From Clostridiaceae bacterium (GTDB lineage: Bacteria; Bacillota; Clostridia; Acetivibrionales; DUMC01), in contig DUMC01000032.1 of assembly GCA_012840075.1 (NCBI GenBank), positions 126,365-190,364 on the forward strand: DNA of 64,000 nucleotides. The letters run 5' to 3'. Within the stretch, counting starts at the first letter, position 1; each line of letters starts with the position of its first letter. Positions 59,328 to 64,000 of this stretch are shown one piece after another. Position numbers and translations under genes: made by a program. Below the pieces are notes generated by a model. It was given only the letters and a program-made list of their open reading frames with translations, was not told the origin of the DNA and ran no database searches.

Positions 59328-59990
59328 ATGCTTATTACTTCAGTAAACAAAAGATATCCGGAAGAAAATAACAGGCAAACGGATAGCGGTAAATGTGTTT
59401 TTGATATCTGCATAGATAACAAATTTACTTTTTCAATACCCGAAGAAGTTTATTTTAAGCTAAATCTTTATGAAAAATCGGAAATCACCGAAAAAGAACT
59501 GGAAGTAATAAAAAAAACATCAGATGTTATTACGGCCAGAACAAAGGCATTAGCATATTTATCCTTCAAAATGAGAACCGCAAAGGAAGTTGAGTATAAG
59601 CTGGCGAAAGACGGTTTTGATCCTTACGTTATCAGTGAAGTAATTAAAGAATTAAAAGAAGACGGCTATATAAACGATAGATTATACGTAAAAAGATATA
59701 TAAAGGATAGAATGAAGTTGAAACCTAAATCAAAAAATATGTTAATGTTTGAACTGAAGAATAAAGGTATTGATGAAGGAGTAATTGAAGAAGAATTAAA
59801 AAATTTTGAAGTGGACAATGTTTCTTTAGCCAAGGATCTATTACTTCGTAAGTTTAAAAAAGCCGATTTTTCAGATATGAAAATCAAGCAAAAAGCCTAT
59901 TCTTTCTTAAAATACAGAGGTTTTACCCATAGTGAAATAATAGATGCTATCAATCAAATTACAAATGGCCATGAAGATGAAATGCCTTAA
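59328..59990 (+). CDS. recX: recombination regulator RecX
   Basis: 220 aa immediately after recA, with repeated helical RecX modules (ALAYLSFKMRTAKEVEYKL, YINDRLYVKRYI). Confidence 0.8.
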   Translation: MLITSVNKRYPEENNRQTDSGKCVFDICIDNKFTFSIPEEVYFKLNLYEKSEITEKELEVIKKTSDVITARTKALAYLSFKMRTAKEVEYKLAKDGFDPYVISEVIKELKEDGYINDRLYVKRYIKDRMKLKPKSKNMLMFELKNKGIDEGVIEEELKNFEVDNVSLAKDLLLRKFKKADFSDMKIKQKAYSFLKYRGFTHSEIIDAINQITNGHEDEMP

Positions 59991-60020
59991 TCAATAGCAA
60001 AAAGATTAAGGCATTTTTAC
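59981..60020 (+). terminator. rho-independent terminator overlapping recX stop
   Basis: Perfect 12-bp stem AATGCCTTAATC/GATTAAGGCATT followed by TTT. Confidence 0.75.
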
Positions 60021-60209
60021 ATTATGTTTTTCGTTATTGATTTGCAAGCACACCCGTGCTATTATTATAAAGAAATATGTAAACCAATTACATTGTATAT
60101 AAATAAATACATGGTGAAAATATAATTGTAAATTGAAGTTATTATTGTATCGATGATAGCTAAATATTTTACACATATGAAATACTAAAATTTACAAGTA
60201 TCATAGGAA

Positions 60210-61607
60210 GTGAAAAATTTGCTGACAGACAACAATTTGAATAACAAAAAGATAGGATTGGTTTCTTTAGGATGTCCGAAAAACCTAGTAGACAGTGAAG
60301 TTATGCTTGGTTTACTAAAAAAGGACGGGTTTTCTATAACTAATAATGAGCATGAAGCGGATATTATCATTGTTAACACCTGTGGCTTTATAGATGATGC
60401 TAAGCAAGAATCAATAAATGCGATTTTGGAAATGGCTGAACTTAAAAAAGAAAATTGCGAACTACTAATTGTTACAGGTTGTCTTGCGGAAAGATATAAC
60501 AAGCAGATTTTGGAGGAAATTCCTGAGGTTGATGCAGTTATAGGAACAGGCCATTTTGGGGATATTGTGGAGACAATCAAAAAAGCATATTCATCCAAAC
60601 TGTATTCTGCAGATGATTTAACAGAAAAACCGCTTTTATACGGTGACTTAGGTTATTGTGATTTTAGCGGTACCGAAAGGGTTTTATCTACCAATAAAGG
60701 TTTTGCTTATATTAAAATAGCTGATGGGTGTGACAATAGGTGTACTTACTGCATAATCCCATATCTTCGGGGACCGTATAAAAGCAGGAGTATGGAAGCT
60801 ATAATAGAAGAAGCCAAGTATTTGGTTTCCAACGGAGTAAAAGAAATTATATTAGTAGCACAGGATACTACAAGGTACGGAATTGATTTATACGGAGAAA
60901 GAAAGCTCAAGGACCTTGTAAGAGAGATTAGTAAAATAGAAGAGCTAAAATGGATACGCCTTTTATACTGCTATCCGGATGAGATTGATGATGGGCTAAT
61001 TGACGAAATTGCAACTAATGATAAGGTTTGCAAATATATAGATATACCTATTCAGCATATCAGCGATAAAATTCTAAAAAAAATGAGCAGAAGAGGCAAT
61101 TCCTCCGAAATAGAAGAATTAATAATAAAACTAAGAAAGAAAATCCCTGAAATTTGCATACGGACAACCTTTATTGTAGGTTTTCCCGGTGAAGAAGAAG
61201 AGGACTTTTTGGTTTTATGCGATTTTGTAAAGAGGATGGAATTTGATAGAATGGGAGTGTTTATGTATTCCAGAGAAGAAGGCACACCTGCTGCAAAACT
61301 CAAGGGACAGGTAAGAAAACCCGCAAAAAGAGAAAGGTACAAAAAGCTGATGGCTATACAAAATGAAATAATAGCCAAGAAAAACAGTGGTAGGTTAAAT
61401 AAAATTTATGATATATTAGTTGAAGGAGTTGCAGATGATGGTATATTTTATTACGGGAGAAGCTATCAGGAAGCTCCGGATATAGATAATTTAATATATT
61501 TTACCAGTAGTTTCCCTCTGGAAGAAGGAAGCTTTGTAAAAGTTAAAATTTTAAATGTTGAGGAGTATGATTTAATAGGAGTTGTAGAAAATGAATTTGC
61601 CGAATAA
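60210..61607 (+). CDS. rimO: ribosomal protein S12 methylthiotransferase RimO
   Basis: N-terminal LGCPKN UPF0004 domain, radical SAM CDNRCTYC, C-terminal TRAM domain. Confidence 0.9.
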   Translation: MKNLLTDNNLNNKKIGLVSLGCPKNLVDSEVMLGLLKKDGFSITNNEHEADIIIVNTCGFIDDAKQESINAILEMAELKKENCELLIVTGCLAERYNKQILEEIPEVDAVIGTGHFGDIVETIKKAYSSKLYSADDLTEKPLLYGDLGYCDFSGTERVLSTNKGFAYIKIADGCDNRCTYCIIPYLRGPYKSRSMEAIIEEAKYLVSNGVKEIILVAQDTTRYGIDLYGERKLKDLVREISKIEELKWIRLLYCYPDEIDDGLIDEIATNDKVCKYIDIPIQHISDKILKKMSRRGNSSEIEELIIKLRKKIPEICIRTTFIVGFPGEEEEDFLVLCDFVKRMEFDRMGVFMYSREEGTPAAKLKGQVRKPAKRERYKKLMAIQNEIIAKKNSGRLNKIYDILVEGVADDGIFYYGRSYQEAPDIDNLIYFTSSFPLEEGSFVKVKILNVEEYDLIGVVENEFAE

Positions 61608-62208
61608 AATAACTTTATCAAGAATATGCATTGTGCCGATTTTCATGATATTTGCTCTACCTCTGCCTGAAAGCCTTTTAAGAAGTATACCGTGGGACTC
61701 TTTGCAGGCACAGTTAAGGGCGATAAATAACCTAATTTCCAATTATGGACATTATATTGCGGCAATAATATTTATCATAGCATCAAGTACAGACGGAATA
61801 GATGGATACATAGCAAGGAAAACCAAGCAAATAACTAAATTCGGCATCTTTTTAGACCCGGTGGCAGATAAATTATTAGTAACATCTGCGTTAATAGCAC
61901 TTGTTCAAAGAGGAAATATTTCCGGATGGGCTGCGATGATAATTATCGGAAGAGAATTGATGGTTATGGGTCTTCGGCTTGTAGCAGCAGGTGAAGGTGT
62001 GGTAATAGCAGCAAGTAAACTTGGTAAGGCTAAGACTGCAATACAAATCGTGGCAATTTCAGCAAGTTTACTTGAAAATTTCCCGTTAAGCTTATTTACC
62101 GACTTTAAGCTTGACAGCTACGCAATGACCCTTGCAGTTATTATTACTATCTATTCTGGTTATGAGTACCTTGCAAAGAACATAAAACTAATTAGGAGTA
62201 ATAATTAA
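61591..62208 (+). CDS. pgsA: CDP-diacylglycerol--glycerol-3-phosphate 3-phosphatidyltransferase
   Basis: NLPNKITLSRI..., DGYIAR-x8-G-x3-D-x3-D motif. It overlaps the rimO end by 17 nt. Confidence 0.88.
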   Translation: MNLPNKITLSRICIVPIFMIFALPLPESLLRSIPWDSLQAQLRAINNLISNYGHYIAAIIFIIASSTDGIDGYIARKTKQITKFGIFLDPVADKLLVTSALIALVQRGNISGWAAMIIIGRELMVMGLRLVAAGEGVVIAASKLGKAKTAIQIVAISASLLENFPLSLFTDFKLDSYAMTLAVIITIYSGYEYLAKNIKLIRSNN

Positions 62209-62253
62209 AATTATTGTTTGCCGCAGGATAAGGGATTCGCTTATGGCATTAAG

Positions 62254-62287
62254 AAGCTCATTCATGATATACATGATGAATGAGCTT
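62254..62287 (+). terminator. hairpin terminator after pgsA
   Basis: 12-bp stem AAGCTCATTCAT/ATGAATGAGCTT with an AT-rich tail. Confidence 0.7.
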
Positions 62288-62471
62288 TAATAATATTTTT
62301 ATATTTTGTGTAGTAAATACGACATTTTTTTATGTAATAAATGAGATATTATATCCGGTATAATACTTGTTTATTGAAAACAAATTAAAAAATAAAGTTT
62401 TCTTAAAAGAAATTTTCTAAAAATCATTGCATAGTTTTAAATTTTATAATATACTAATATCATTAGAATTT

Positions 62472-62487
62472 ATTATCTGGTACTAAT
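62472..62487 (+). promoter_or_regulatory. candidate FapR operator
   Basis: ATTATCTGGTACTAAT. Its reverse complement contains TTAGTACCAGATA, matching the FapR box half-site TTAGTACC as I recall it. It lies just downstream of a putative TTGCAT-17-TATACT promoter (62427-62455). Confidence 0.55.
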
Positions 62488-62560
62488 AATTGATTATATG
62501 TAATATAATTAAATATAATATTAATACATAACAACATAGATATTTTGAGAGGTGTTTTAA

Positions 62561-63142
62561 TTGGGAAAGTCTTCCCTGGCAAAAAAAGAGAGACAAAGTA
62601 TACTTGTTGAAAAATTGCAAGCTGATCCTTTTTTAACTGATGAAGAACTTGCAGAGTTTTTTAATGTAAGTGTACCTACAATAAGGCTGGACAGATTGGA
62701 ACTGGGGATACCTGAACTTCGGGAAAGAATTAAAAGTGTGGCAGAAAACAATTATGCAAAAGTGAAGTCTTTGGGAAGTAAAGATATTGTAGGCGAACTC
62801 ATAGAAATTGAGCTTGGAAAAAGAGCTATTTCGATCTTAGAAACAGATAAGACAATGACATTTGAGAAAAACAATGTAATACGAGGACATTTTATATATG
62901 CACTTGCGGAATCATTAGCCATAGCTTTAATAGATGCTGATGTTGCGCTGGTAGGCGTTGCGAATATAAAATATAAAATACCTGTATATGCAGGAAATAA
63001 GTTAGTTGCAAAAGCTGAAGTAAAAAGACAACGTGGAAATAGCTATATTGTTTGGGTTAAAATATATCATAAACAAGTTGAAGTTTTCAGGGGTAAGTTT
63101 ATACTTGTATCTTTAGAAAAATTGGATATGAATAAAGAATAA
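62561..63142 (+). CDS. fapR: fatty acid/phospholipid synthesis transcription factor FapR
   Basis: N-terminal HTH ([34 protein letters not shown]) and a C-terminal hot-dog fold. It lies directly upstream of plsX. Confidence 0.9.
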   Translation: MGKSSLAKKERQSILVEKLQADPFLTDEELAEFFNVSVPTIRLDRLELGIPELRERIKSVAENNYAKVKSLGSKDIVGELIEIELGKRAISILETDKTMTFEKNNVIRGHFIYALAESLAIALIDADVALVGVANIKYKIPVYAGNKLVAKAEVKRQRGNSYIVWVKIYHKQVEVFRGKFILVSLEKLDMNKE

Positions 63143-63176
63143 ATAACAGGTAAATTATTTTAAGGAGTGAAGGTTC

Positions 63177-64000
63177 TTGTTAATTGTTGTAGATGCAATG
63201 GGAGGGGACAATGCCCCTAATGAAATAGTAAAAGGATGTATTGATGCCGTAAATGAACAAGAAGGCTTCGATGTTCTGCTTTTGGGCGATGGAGAAAGAA
63301 TTGAGAAAATCCTTAGTGAAAATAAATTTAATAACAACAGGATCAGCATAAAAAACACTACCGAAGTAATAACAAATGATGATATACCAACAAAAGCAAT
63401 AAAAACTAAAAAAGATTCTTCCATGGTAATAGGTTTTAATATGATAAAGCAAAATTGCGGCGATGTATTTATCTCTTGCGGAAATACCGGGGCACTTTTA
63501 ACCGGAGCAACTTTAATTTTAGGTAGAATCCCCGGAATAGACCGTCCTGCACTGGCACCTGTAATTCCAACTAAAAAAGGCGGTGCCCTTTTAATAGATG
63601 CCGGCTTTAATACCGTATGCAGACCTATTAACTACCTTCAATTTGGAATTATGGGCTCAATATATATGAAAGAAATGTTTAAAATCGATAAGCCAAGGGT
63701 TGGACTGATTAACGTAGGTTCCGAAGAGATAAAAGGCAATGAAACAATTCGCCAAGCTTACGCCCTACTTTCTAATTCAAGCATCAACTTTGTTGGAAAT
63801 GTTGAAGGACGTGAAATACCCAGCGGAGAAATAGATGTGGCTGTATGCGATGGTTTTGTGGGAAATGTTCTTCTAAAATTTTTGGAAGGCGTCGGATCAT
63901 TCATTTATGAAGGTCTTAAAGAAGTATACTACAAAAATTTCTTATCAAAACTTTCTGCTTTACTCGTAAGGAATGAGCTGAAAAAATTCAGGAAAAAGCT
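63177..64000 (+). CDS. plsX: phosphate acyltransferase PlsX (5' partial, runs off window)
   Basis: TTG start after AAGGAGTGAAGG; LLIVVDAMGGDNAPNEIVKGC..., GNTGALL. The frame is open to the window end and is absent from the ORF track because it has no stop. Confidence 0.9.
   Translation, partial: MLIVVDAMGGDNAPNEIVKGCIDAVNEQEGFDVLLLGDGERIEKILSENKFNNNRISIKNTTEVITNDDIPTKAIKTKKDSSMVIGFNMIKQNCGDVFISCGNTGALLTGATLILGRIPGIDRPALAPVIPTKKGGALLIDAGFNTVCRPINYLQFGIMGSIYMKEMFKIDKPRVGLINVGSEEIKGNETIRQAYALLSNSSINFVGNVEGREIPSGEIDVAVCDGFVGNVLLKFLEGVGSFIYEGLKEVYYKNFLSKLSALLVRNELKKFRKK

Overview
This window is an AT-rich, mostly plus-strand stretch of core chromosome from a spore-forming Clostridia-type Firmicute. 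The taxon is inferred from gene content and order: cotJABC, spoIIM-xerD-deoB, ytfI/ytfJ, scpAB, fapR-plsX, an ispH-S1 fusion and cinA/recA/recX. I can support about 60 CDS, three stand-alone tRNA genes (Trp-CCA, Pro-GGG, Leu-CAG), many hairpin terminators, several near-consensus sigma-A promoters, a LexA-type box at recA and a FapR-type box at fapR. The only minus-strand islands are cotJABC and a MoxR/DUF58/transglutaminase operon. I see no CRISPR array, IS element, prophage, toxin-antitoxin pair or recognisable defence island, so the region looks largely ordinary. These observations merit a second look: (1) a DUF5685-like protein translationally coupled to an orphan J-domain protein that ends in a 10-Cys tail; (2) a ~140-190 bp modular repeat present twice, in the trpS-scpA gap and inside the moxR-DUF58 operon, plus short degenerate tandem duplications downstream of or between genes; (3) a ~36-bp long-range helix in the pnp leader that ends 6 nt before the SD; (4) a 12S/1.3S/5S transcarboxylase-like cluster with no membrane pump subunit; (5) three translationally coupled M42 peptidase paralogs; (6) a symporter-IOR-PaaK-ACT arylacetate module; (7) an orphan HutP-family protein; (8) a TrpRS carrying a C-x20-C-x6-C-x2-C motif. 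All functional calls rest on motif recognition by eye. No database search was run.
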